NCBI GenBank assembly: GCA_003144275.1
Contig: NJBF01000030.1
Coordinates: 1-32,000 of the forward strand
Direction of reading: 5' to 3'
DNA from: Candidatus Heimdallarchaeota archaeon B3_Heim
GTDB lineage: Archaea; Asgardarchaeota; Heimdallarchaeia; Hodarchaeales; Hodarchaeaceae
DNA length: 32,000 nt
The notes beneath the pieces were generated by a model. It was not told the origin of the DNA. It did not search any database and was given only the letters and a program-made list of their open reading frames with translations. The position numbers and the translations under genes were made by a program. Positions 9,183 through 17,150 of the stretch are shown one piece after another; position 1 is the first letter of the stretch, and each line of letters starts with the position of its first letter.

Positions 9183-10892
9183 ATGTTCCTATCTACTGTG
9201 AAACTGAAAAATTTCCGTAGTATTACTGCTCTTAACTTAGAAAATCTTAAAAATTTAAACTGCTTTATTGGGAGTCATAATTCAGGAAAAACAAATATTC
9301 TAGATGGAATATCCGTTTTCTGGGATCCTCAAATTCGTACTCATAGTCAACAAAGGCAATTTCAAGCAGATACAACTCCTTTGAAGGAAGATTTCGATCG
9401 TAGCATATTATCATACCTGGATACTCATCATACACATGGAAAATTTAATTTCATTCTTGATCAACATCAGGGATTGCTTCCATGGAAAGAAAATGAGTCG
9501 TTAAAACAAAATTTTGTCCAAACTGCATTTAAATACAAGATCATAAATCCATTTGACGTTTACGATATATTTCTGGATGATTTGAGTTCAATTGTGGATT
9601 TAATGAAAATTAAATCCCTAGATTTTGATTTATCCTTAAATCCTAGTTTTTTAGAATTCCTCGAAGAGTCATTATTTCTTCGATTACGATCAGATGAGAT
9701 AATTAAATACGAATCAGTAAACGTACCTGTACCTATGATCCGAGATGCGCTCGGGACTACTTTTATTCGTCGATTTCATAATATGAATTTAGAATACGAA
9801 GTGCTACGAGCTAATTTGTTGAATGTTCTCCAAGGGAAGGACTACCAATCTATCACTTCCATAGAAAAATTCCTAAAGGATGTAATTGACCAAGATTTCG
9901 TATTCCGAGTTGGGGGAATCTCTCCTGATGGAAAACCTCAGATTGATGTTACTATTGAACGTAGTTTCTCTAGTCCATTATGGCGTATCTCAAGCGGGAC
10001 AATTAGATTGATTGCGCTTGCAAGTTTATTAACTACGGATCCTGTAAACGGACAGATAATTATCATTGATAATCCTGACCTTTTTTTACATCCGCGGGGA
10101 GAAAGAGAGTTAGCAAGAAAATTGGAATCATTTGCTAAAACTAGGCAATTCTTTTTTTCTACTCATTCCTCACGGTTATTAATTGGACAAGCTCATCTTG
10201 TTGAGCTAAGGAATGGATGGACCAACATCGAACGCATTCGGGGCCGTAAATCCATGAGAAAGGTTGTTAAACTTTTAGGGATTAGACCCTCGGACTCCCT
10301 AGGATCCGACATCGTTGTTTTTGTAGAAGGAAGAACGGACTCACGAGTATTTCGAGTATTCGAAGATAAAATATGTCATATCTATCCTGAATTATCAAAA
10401 GTACGTGTTTCGTATGTTGGGGTCGGAGGATGGACAAATATGAAATATGTCTTATCAATCGAATTGTTGAAAAGTAAATTTGTTCGAAGTAGAGCTCTCG
10501 CAATTACTGATGGGGACATTGTTAGCACCAAATCTTATGAAAAAGTTAAACAAAACTGGCAAGATGTTTTCCAAAAGGATGGTGATTTCTTTTCTTTGCA
10601 AGAGGAGTGTATCGAATCACTCTTTCTTAACAATCCAAGGGTTTTTGTTGGCATAATCAGACAAAAAGAAAGACCTAGTCCTTCTTTAGCCGAAATCAAT
10701 CAATTCATTCATCAAAAGCGTAATCATGGGTTATCAGATAAGACTATTACGCGTGAAATTGTAATAAAATACAATATAGGGAGAAAATATTCTTCCTCCA
10801 TTGCAGAGAGACTTGCAAACCAATTTAAAGAGGAGGAAATTCCAACCTATTTGGCTGAATTCTATAAATCCCATATTTTACAATACGAATAA
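9183..10892 (+). CDS. OLD-family ATP-dependent nuclease (ABC-type ATPase + TOPRIM domain)
   Basis: LKNFRSI start, Walker A GSHNSGKT, signature SSGT, Walker B variant IIIIDNPD, STHS H-loop; TOPRIM FVEGRTD and TDGD, plus EECIE. Confidence 0.85.
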   Translation: MFLSTVKLKNFRSITALNLENLKNLNCFIGSHNSGKTNILDGISVFWDPQIRTHSQQRQFQADTTPLKEDFDRSILSYLDTHHTHGKFNFILDQHQGLLPWKENESLKQNFVQTAFKYKIINPFDVYDIFLDDLSSIVDLMKIKSLDFDLSLNPSFLEFLEESLFLRLRSDEIIKYESVNVPVPMIRDALGTTFIRRFHNMNLEYEVLRANLLNVLQGKDYQSITSIEKFLKDVIDQDFVFRVGGISPDGKPQIDVTIERSFSSPLWRISSGTIRLIALASLLTTDPVNGQIIIIDNPDLFLHPRGERELARKLESFAKTRQFFFSTHSSRLLIGQAHLVELRNGWTNIERIRGRKSMRKVVKLLGIRPSDSLGSDIVVFVEGRTDSRVFRVFEDKICHIYPELSKVRVSYVGVGGWTNMKYVLSIELLKSKFVRSRALAITDGDIVSTKSYEKVKQNWQDVFQKDGDFFSLQEECIESLFLNNPRVFVGIIRQKERPSPSLAEINQFIHQKRNHGLSDKTITREIVIKYNIGRKYSSSIAERLANQFKEEEIPTYLAEFYKSHILQYE

Positions 10893-10965
10893 AACCCGTA
10901 AAAATTGGACTTACGAATCATTCATACATTATAATTTATAAAACGCAGTATTTGTATCAGTTAAA

Positions 10966-10989
10966 CATGATCAAATTTGTCTGACAACT
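10966..10989. repeat. Left imperfect inverted repeat (CATGATCAAATTTGTCTGACAACT) with palindromic core TTGTCTGACAA
   Basis: 20/24 identical to the reverse complement of 12360-12383; inner 15 bp match 14/15. Confidence 0.7.
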
Positions 10990-11069
10990 AGCATTTATTA
11001 GGCCTGAACAGAGAAAAATGGTCAATTTCGTCGTATTCGTCATTTTCGCCGCTCTCTCTCTGTTACATG

Positions 11070-11077
11070 CTTATAAG
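11070..11077 (+). promoter_or_regulatory. Candidate archaeal TATA box for tnpB (CTTATAAG)
   Basis: TTATAA core about 27-33 nt upstream of the ATG at 11104. Confidence 0.4.
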
Positions 11078-11103
11078 AGGGAATATGCTAGAAAGGGGTA
11101 GGA

Positions 11104-12357
11104 ATGCGCACCAAGAAACACCCTCAACCCCAGTTATCGATCCGCATGCAAATGAAACCACGGCCCATATTTACTGATTTGTGTACCTGTGCCAAAAATC
11201 TCTACAATCGCGCGACCTATGAGGTCCGGCAAGAATTCTTCCAGACAGGGAAATGGCTCCAGTATACGGCGCTCTATCATCGGCTCAAGCACGAACCCGT
11301 CTATCTCGAATTAAAAGCCATCTCGGATAGCTATTTACCCCAGCAAGTCTTACGCCAGATAGAACAGGTCTGGCGCGGCTTTTTTAACGCCTTGAAGGCC
11401 TGGAAAAAAGATTCCACTAAGTTTCAAAACCGGCCCCGAACCCCGCACTATAAACCCAAGAATGGGCGGCATATGCTGAGCTTTCCTCGGCCCCGCGTTC
11501 GTATCCGCAATAATCGAATATTATTTGCCCGGAATCTCATGATCCGCGGCTTTCCAGCCTTTCCAGTAGGCGCTCTTCCCTTGACAGCGGAAACATGTGT
11601 GGGGGCGCGGCTAGTCCCCTTTTATGACCGTTTTGTGGTCGAACTAATTTATGAAGTGCAGGTGCACCCTTTTCCTTCCTCTGATTTTCCCTCCCGTGCT
11701 ATGGGAATTGATCTCGGGCTTACCAACCTCGTAACTACGTCAGACGGCTTACTCGTCAAAGGCGGGATTGTGAAGACCATAAATCAGTGGTATAATAAGC
11801 AGCTGGCACACTATCGATCCAGGGCTTCTCTCTGCAACCACCCGCTGATTACTCAGCGCATTCTGCGCCTCCATCGGGTACGGACGAACAAACTCCGAGA
11901 TTTCTTCCATCAAACCACACGGCGCCTCATCACTTATTGTTTAACACACAATATTGAAACCTTAGTCATTGGGTATAATGCAGGATGGAAACATCAGTGC
12001 AACCTCGGAAAACGCACAAACCAATCGTTTGTCCAACTTCCCTTCTTGCAGTTGGTTCAGATGCTTGAATATAAGGCGAAACTTGTTGGTATGACAGTAG
12101 TTCGCGTGAAAGAGGCGTACACCTCCCAGCAATGTAGTAAATGTAGTCACACGGAAAAAAAGAATCGAAAATCCCGTGGTTCCTTTTCCTGTCTACGGTG
12201 TGGGGTTCATCTGAATGCTGATTATAATGCAGCATGTAATATTCTTCAGCGTTGTCTCAATCCCTCCCAAGTAGTCCCCACGGAAAGCATACATTCTCAT
12301 GTTGCTAACCTGCCGGATAGCGGATGTGTGATTCATCCTGTCCAGAACTCTTTTTAA
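11104..12357 (+). CDS. tnpB: TnpB (IS200/IS605-type) with rearranged RuvC-II site
   Basis: KNLYNRATY N-terminus, RuvC-I MGIDLG, VIGYN.GWK in place of the canonical Glu motif, VKEAYTS, zinc finger CSKC/CLRC and RuvC-III NADYNAA. Confidence 0.93.
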   Translation: MRTKKHPQPQLSIRMQMKPRPIFTDLCTCAKNLYNRATYEVRQEFFQTGKWLQYTALYHRLKHEPVYLELKAISDSYLPQQVLRQIEQVWRGFFNALKAWKKDSTKFQNRPRTPHYKPKNGRHMLSFPRPRVRIRNNRILFARNLMIRGFPAFPVGALPLTAETCVGARLVPFYDRFVVELIYEVQVHPFPSSDFPSRAMGIDLGLTNLVTTSDGLLVKGGIVKTINQWYNKQLAHYRSRASLCNHPLITQRILRLHRVRTNKLRDFFHQTTRRLITYCLTHNIETLVIGYNAGWKHQCNLGKRTNQSFVQLPFLQLVQMLEYKAKLVGMTVVRVKEAYTSQQCSKCSHTEKKNRKSRGSFSCLRCGVHLNADYNAACNILQRCLNPSQVVPTESIHSHVANLPDSGCVIHPVQNSF

Positions 12358-12359
12358 AG

Positions 12360-12383
12360 AGTTGTCTGACAAATATAGTCATG
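12360..12383. repeat. Right imperfect inverted repeat (AGTTGTCTGACAAATATAGTCATG)
   Basis: Reverse-complement match to 10966-10989; begins 2 nt after the tnpB stop and ends on the ATG of the next gene. Confidence 0.7.
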
Positions 12384-13073
12384 AAATTCAACAAAGTATC
12401 AAAATCAACGACTATTATTGTACTAACAGGTTTAGTTTTATTTAGTAGCAATCTATCAATAATTCCAGCTTCACTTACAACCATGCAACTCACTTTAACG
12501 GGTAATGTAACTGGTGTACTTACCGAGGCTGAAATAAAACAAGTCTTACCAACGGTAACTGGATATGGAGGCTACGAAAAATCAACTGGTATTATTATTA
12601 CTGGATCTATATGGAAGGGAATTCATATTCCATTGTTTCTATCATCAATTTTAGGTGATTTAGACTATAATCTCAGTGTTATAGCTGCTGATTTGTACAG
12701 TAGAAACTTCACTCGTGATGAAGTAGAAGGAGGACTAAGAGGGTTTGATGAAGATAATAATACTCTCTCAATAAAAGTCATTCCCGTACTAGCATACGAG
12801 GAAAACAATACTGCATTATCAGATGACGATGGTCCTCTCAGAATAGTATTTATTGGTGAGAACAATCAAAGTATTCTTACAATTAGCAAATACTGGGTAA
12901 GACAGGTTGATACTCTCCGTGTTTCTTTAAATACAGGAGAAGCCATAACTCTAACAAGCAATAGCATTCCTGATTCAACTACTTCAAATGCTTCTTTTAG
13001 TGTTTCAATTCTTATGCTCGTCCTAACTAGTACCCTTATTGTAGTAATACGGAGAAAAAAAATTCTCAAATAG
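12381..13073 (+). CDS. Secreted, C-terminally membrane-anchored protein with molybdopterin-oxidoreductase-like domain
   Basis: Likely start is the ATG at 12381 (MKFNKVSK + hydrophobic signal), not the 12324 start inside tnpB. WKGIHI..FL, IAADLYS, LAYEEN, GPLRIV and YWVRQV resemble the Oxidored_molyb pattern. Ser/Thr linker, TM helix and RRKK tail (CTERM-like). Confidence 0.65.
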   Translation: MKFNKVSKSTTIIVLTGLVLFSSNLSIIPASLTTMQLTLTGNVTGVLTEAEIKQVLPTVTGYGGYEKSTGIIITGSIWKGIHIPLFLSSILGDLDYNLSVIAADLYSRNFTRDEVEGGLRGFDEDNNTLSIKVIPVLAYEENNTALSDDDGPLRIVFIGENNQSILTISKYWVRQVDTLRVSLNTGEAITLTSNSIPDSTTSNASFSVSILMLVLTSTLIVVIRRKKILK

Positions 13074-13084
13074 AAGAATTCCGA

Positions 13085-13166
13085 GATGAGAGCTAGCTAC
13101 TTGGTTCTACCTAGTTCATCACCTCATTCTTTAGGATTTGAATGGGGTAAACTCTTTAAAGGGTTT
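13085..13166. other. Structured intergenic element: three back-to-back hairpins
   Basis: Stems 13085-13096/13111-13120 (bulged), 13121-13129/13140-13148 and the near-palindrome AAACTCTTTAAAGGGTTT at 13149-13166. Confidence 0.4.
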
Positions 13167-13267
13167 CAGAGAGAGCGAGAGATAAGTGAGAATGAGTCTG
13201 AATAATTATCCGACAATATTGATCATGTATTAAACGCTAAATCAAAAGAAATTGGAATGAACTCACT

Positions 13268-14224
13268 ATGAAATCCTTCTTAGTCAATCTCTTTCCTTCA
13301 TTTATGGTTAAATTCTTTGCTCGAGCATATGTCGCTGGAGTAGGTATTGATTGTGGAATTAAAAAAGCTCGAGAGCTTTGGGAAGAACAAAAAATCGCCT
13401 CAACTATTGACATGCTTGGTGAGGAGGTTACGAATCGGGAGGACGTTGACAAAATTGTTCAAATATACCTATCACTCATTGAAAAACTACATGGAGAATC
13501 CTTTCCAAAGCATGTCTCTATAAAACCTACCAGTCTTGGAATAGATATTGATAAGAACCTATGTCTTGATAATCTAGAGAATATTCTAAAACGTGCAGAA
13601 GAAGAAAAAGTCATTGTTACCTTAGATATGGAAGATTCTACTTATACTGATATAACACTCGAGTTGTATAAGACTTTGAAACCTAAATATGAGTTTGGAA
13701 CCGTGTTACAAAGTCGACTGCACAGGACTAAAGATGATATACTAAATTTAACAGGCTTTAATGCTCGAGTACGTATGTGTATTGGTGTTTATAATGAGGA
13801 TAAAAGTATTGCACACGTTAAAAAGCGTGAAATGAAGAAAAAATTAGTAGAATATACAGGATTATTGTTAGATAATCAGCATAAAGTTGATGTGGCTACT
13901 CATGACCATAAGTGCATTGTTGAAGCTCTTAAGCAAATAGAAGAGCGAGGACAAGGAAAAGATGATGCCGAATTCCAATTTCTCCTTGGTGTCCCCAGGC
14001 AACGGATTCAAACTGAATTGATAAGAAGAGGGTACACTGTTCGCTTATATGTTCCATTTACAATCGAATGGAAATGTGCAATTGCGTACTTAAGAAGACG
14101 TTTAATCGAGAACCCATCTATGATTTATCTCGGAGGATTAGATTTCATTGGTCGTATTATCCAACCAATTACGAATAGAAAAAGAAAGCCAATTCTCCCG
14201 CCACAACCTAATCCTTCTTCCTAA
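13268..14224 (+). CDS. Monofunctional proline dehydrogenase
   Basis: YVAG, SIKPTSLG, LDMED, LQSRLHRT, VATHD, EFQFLLG, LYVPF and YLRRRLIENP. Confidence 0.9.
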   Translation: MKSFLVNLFPSFMVKFFARAYVAGVGIDCGIKKARELWEEQKIASTIDMLGEEVTNREDVDKIVQIYLSLIEKLHGESFPKHVSIKPTSLGIDIDKNLCLDNLENILKRAEEEKVIVTLDMEDSTYTDITLELYKTLKPKYEFGTVLQSRLHRTKDDILNLTGFNARVRMCIGVYNEDKSIAHVKKREMKKKLVEYTGLLLDNQHKVDVATHDHKCIVEALKQIEERGQGKDDAEFQFLLGVPRQRIQTELIRRGYTVRLYVPFTIEWKCAIAYLRRRLIENPSMIYLGGLDFIGRIIQPITNRKRKPILPPQPNPSS

Positions 14225-14259
14225 AAGAAATAATTTTTCTTCTAAACAACATAATTTAC

Positions 14260-14931
14260 TTATTCAGCATGCAAATTCTCATCTTCACATGTGTTTTCTG
14301 TGAGATGGGAATCATAAATATCCTCAAAGAAAATCAAGTATGTTGTGACACCAATAGCTCCAATAAGGAATAAAATCGGATGAGCTAGCCAAGCTAAAAC
14401 TGTTATCAAGTAAAATAGTCCACGAAGGCCAAAAGACCAATGATTCTGGGCACTTATCATTGTATCTTTTGTGAACTGAAGGCCAGTCATTCCACAAAAT
14501 TCAATTTTTTCTGGATTGGCCGAAATTAAAAGAGTAAATCGGACTAGCATTCGGATGGCTAAAACAAAATTAAAAAGGCAAAAGACGATTATTATCACCA
14601 TTACAACCATCTGAATAAATCCAAGTGAAATATCACTTCCTGGGATCATCTCGACAGAGAAAATTAGTTGGTAAAAGGCGAGTAACAATCCTAGTAGAAC
14701 TAATAATGAAGAAATAAAAGCTGTATTTGCCATGATTATATTTCTTATCGCTTGTACAGCTATTAAAGGAGATTCTTTTACTCTTTCATCCACGTAGTAC
14801 TCATAAATAAGATTTAATGATCCTTTTCTTGAAGTAGTAGGATGTCGAAGTCCATAGATGATCATAATACTATAAATAAGTATGCATATGACAAAAATAC
14901 CTAATGCAATAATATCATAAGTCAAATCCAT
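14260..14931 (-). CDS. DUF599 family membrane protein
   Basis: IAVQAIRNIIMANT and HWSFGLRGLFY motifs; four or five TM segments. Confidence 0.8.
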   Translation of the reverse strand: MDLTYDIIALGIFVICILIYSIMIIYGLRHPTTSRKGSLNLIYEYYVDERVKESPLIAVQAIRNIIMANTAFISSLLVLLGLLLAFYQLIFSVEMIPGSDISLGFIQMVVMVIIIVFCLFNFVLAIRMLVRFTLLISANPEKIEFCGMTGLQFTKDTMISAQNHWSFGLRGLFYLITVLAWLAHPILFLIGAIGVTTYLIFFEDIYDSHLTENTCEDENLHAE

Positions 14932-15064
14932 CAGGAATATCCTCGTAGAATGAATTTCTCAACATTATTTGCCTGATGAGAAGAATATATTAATTTTCGT
15001 AAATTACCCATTTTTATATTATTCTCTCCTTTGATCAGATGAAGGTTTCAGAAACAAAAATAGA

Positions 15065-15805
15065 ATGAGAAAGGAACCGAATAAAGTGAATATCAGTGAA
15101 ATCCTTGGTATTTGGATAATTACTGCATTTTTAGGGGTAACATTAGCTGCTCCTCTAGGCCCGATTAACTTAGAGCTGATAAAAAATGGTCTTAATACAT
15201 CAATAACGCGTAAGGCTGCATGGTTTTCAACAATCATTTTAGGGGTGGGTGCAATGACCGGAGATTTTATTATAGCACTTTCAGCTTTATCTATCGGCGG
15301 AGAAGTGCTAGAAACGTTTTTTAGTAATCAATGGATTAAGTTATTATTATTTGCAATAAATTTGATTATTTTAAGCTATTTAGGGGTTTCTACTCTATTT
15401 AAAGCACCAATAGATTATTCTAATTCTTTTAATTCAAATTTTCAATCTGAGGAGACTTTGAAACAAGTCAAATCGACTCAATTACTTAAGAAGTATTTCA
15501 CTGGACTTTCTATCGTTGTAACCTCGCCTTGGTCATATCTATGGTGGACCTCAGCTGGAACTATAATTCTATTTAGCGATTTTAGCTTACCAGATTTATT
15601 TTCAAGACTTATCGTTGTAGCGATGTTCATATCGGGAGTATTTTTGTGGGTGCTTTCTTTTAGTACCACATTGACTGTGATTGGAAAATTTCCACATCCA
15701 AAATTCTTTTCAATTATTACTAAGGGGACAACACTAATATTACTTTTATTTGCTCTAATTATTTTTAGAGAGATATTGATTACTTTGGGAGAAATACTAA
15801 ATTAG
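15065..15805 (+). CDS. LysE/RhtB family exporter
   Basis: LAAPLGPINLELIKNGL, GAMTGD and GLSIVVTSPWSYLWW; six TM segments. Confidence 0.85.
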   Translation: MRKEPNKVNISEILGIWIITAFLGVTLAAPLGPINLELIKNGLNTSITRKAAWFSTIILGVGAMTGDFIIALSALSIGGEVLETFFSNQWIKLLLFAINLIILSYLGVSTLFKAPIDYSNSFNSNFQSEETLKQVKSTQLLKKYFTGLSIVVTSPWSYLWWTSAGTIILFSDFSLPDLFSRLIVVAMFISGVFLWVLSFSTTLTVIGKFPHPKFFSIITKGTTLILLLFALIIFREILITLGEILN

Positions 15806-15830
15806 TATATAGGCCCTTTTCGGGATTACG

Positions 15831-15847
15831 AGTAAATTGCATTTACT
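15831..15847. promoter_or_regulatory. Candidate operator palindrome AGTAAAT-N3-ATTTACT
   Basis: Perfect 7-3-7 inverted repeat upstream of the regulator gene. Confidence 0.35.
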
Positions 15848-15920
15848 ACTCAAAAATTGCCGTTAAATGTTTCCTTTAATAGAATTCCCAGCATTCATTG
15901 TATATGAGATGACTTATTTA

Positions 15921-16958
15921 ATGCCAAAAGATATTACACGTAGTTTACAACTGACAGGAGCTAGAACTTATCTAGTTAGTCTCCCAAGAGAGTGGATTGA
16001 GCGAAATGGGCTGGAAGCTAAGGATGAAATAGGTATCCGTATTGAAAATGAAACGTACTTACTTTTATATCCCCGAAACCCCCGCTTAACTCCTAGAAAG
16101 ACCACAACAATTCCAGAATCCGAAAGTATTGAGTTAGAGCTACTCAGTCGATATATCACGGGCTTTGATACAATGGTAGTATATCCCAGCGAAGGTAAAA
16201 AAATTAAAGATCCAGATAAGATACGAGAGGAAATACGACATCAGATTGGTTTGGAAATAATTCGTGAATCCCCAAATCAATTAGAAATTCAATTTATTGC
16301 TACATCAGTACTAGATTTGCAAACTTTGGTAAGAAAAATCTACGCTTTATCTTTCAGTATGTTAGATGATGCGATTAGCGCAATTTTTTCTGGAGATGGT
16401 GAGAAACGGGAAAAAATCGTCAAAAGATACTCTGAAATAGACCGAGTTTATTATTTCATTGTTCGATTGCTACAAAAATCGTTTGAGGATCCACTAGAAG
16501 AAATTAATGAAAGTTTGTATCCGTTTGAGGGATTAAATTACCAGATAGTCGCTTATCAAGGAGAAGTACTAGGACGATCCTGCAAAGAGCTAGCAGAAAG
16601 GATTGGAAAATTTCAAAAATCGTTTTTAACTACAGAAACTGAATCTATGGTCAGGGAAATTGCTGAAAAACTCATTGAATTACTTGATACTGCAATTGAG
16701 GCGTTTTTGAATAAAGACACAGAAAAAGCGGCCATTACAGTCAAGGAAGTAAAGACTAAAAAGTACCAGGTACAACCATTGTTAGCGATTATCTCTGAAG
16801 AAGCGGCAGATGAGCCTACATGGTTTCTTGCACGATTACTATCGAGTTTACTTGAACAAGCAGATCAAGTTTGCTATCTCACAGATATCGTAACACGAGG
16901 ATTCAATGCTTTACATGAATATGATGCAAAACAATATTTGGAATCTGAACTCACTTGA
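15921..16958 (+). CDS. Archaeal AbrB-PhoU fusion regulator (phosphate-uptake-regulator family)
   Basis: RSLQLTGARTYLVSLPREW is an AbrB/MazE-type N-terminus; ELLSRYITGFD and IDRVYYFIVR lie in PhoU-like helical repeats. Start placed at the ATG at 15921 (the ORF extends to 15867). Confidence 0.85.
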   Translation: MPKDITRSLQLTGARTYLVSLPREWIERNGLEAKDEIGIRIENETYLLLYPRNPRLTPRKTTTIPESESIELELLSRYITGFDTMVVYPSEGKKIKDPDKIREEIRHQIGLEIIRESPNQLEIQFIATSVLDLQTLVRKIYALSFSMLDDAISAIFSGDGEKREKIVKRYSEIDRVYYFIVRLLQKSFEDPLEEINESLYPFEGLNYQIVAYQGEVLGRSCKELAERIGKFQKSFLTTETESMVREIAEKLIELLDTAIEAFLNKDTEKAAITVKEVKTKKYQVQPLLAIISEEAADEPTWFLARLLSSLLEQADQVCYLTDIVTRGFNALHEYDAKQYLESELT

Positions 16959-17150
16959 TTTCGCTATTTTTCGATGCACACAAAAGAAATATTGAGGTAA
17001 AATTCTTTCCTGTAGGGATGGACAAAACATTCTCCAGATTGGATTTTCAGAGAGTGAACAAAGAAAACAGTTTTTGTGTTACCATAATTACTAAACCATT
17101 TCTATGTGGTTTGAAAGATAATTCTTTGACAATCGGGTAAGGTAAGGTTT

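Larger units (their letters stand above)
10966..12383 (+). mobile_element. tnpB-only mobile element bounded by imperfect inverted repeats
   Basis: tnpB visibly GC-richer than its flanks, no transposase gene, matching repeats on both sides; exact boundaries inferred. Confidence 0.55.

Noticed and set aside
12324-12380. ORF-track start at 12324 for the surface protein
   Set aside because: It lies inside tnpB and its end hairpin; the ATG at 12381 gives a normal signal peptide.
13085-13200. tRNA interpretation of the multi-hairpin region (TTCAAATCC on the minus strand)
   Set aside because: No acceptor stem, D arm or correctly closed T arm.
16955-17140. 61-aa ORF filling the gap between the regulator and the aminotransferase
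   Set aside because: No recognisable motif, TTG start, and the region more likely holds promoter elements; not excluded without ribosome profiling.
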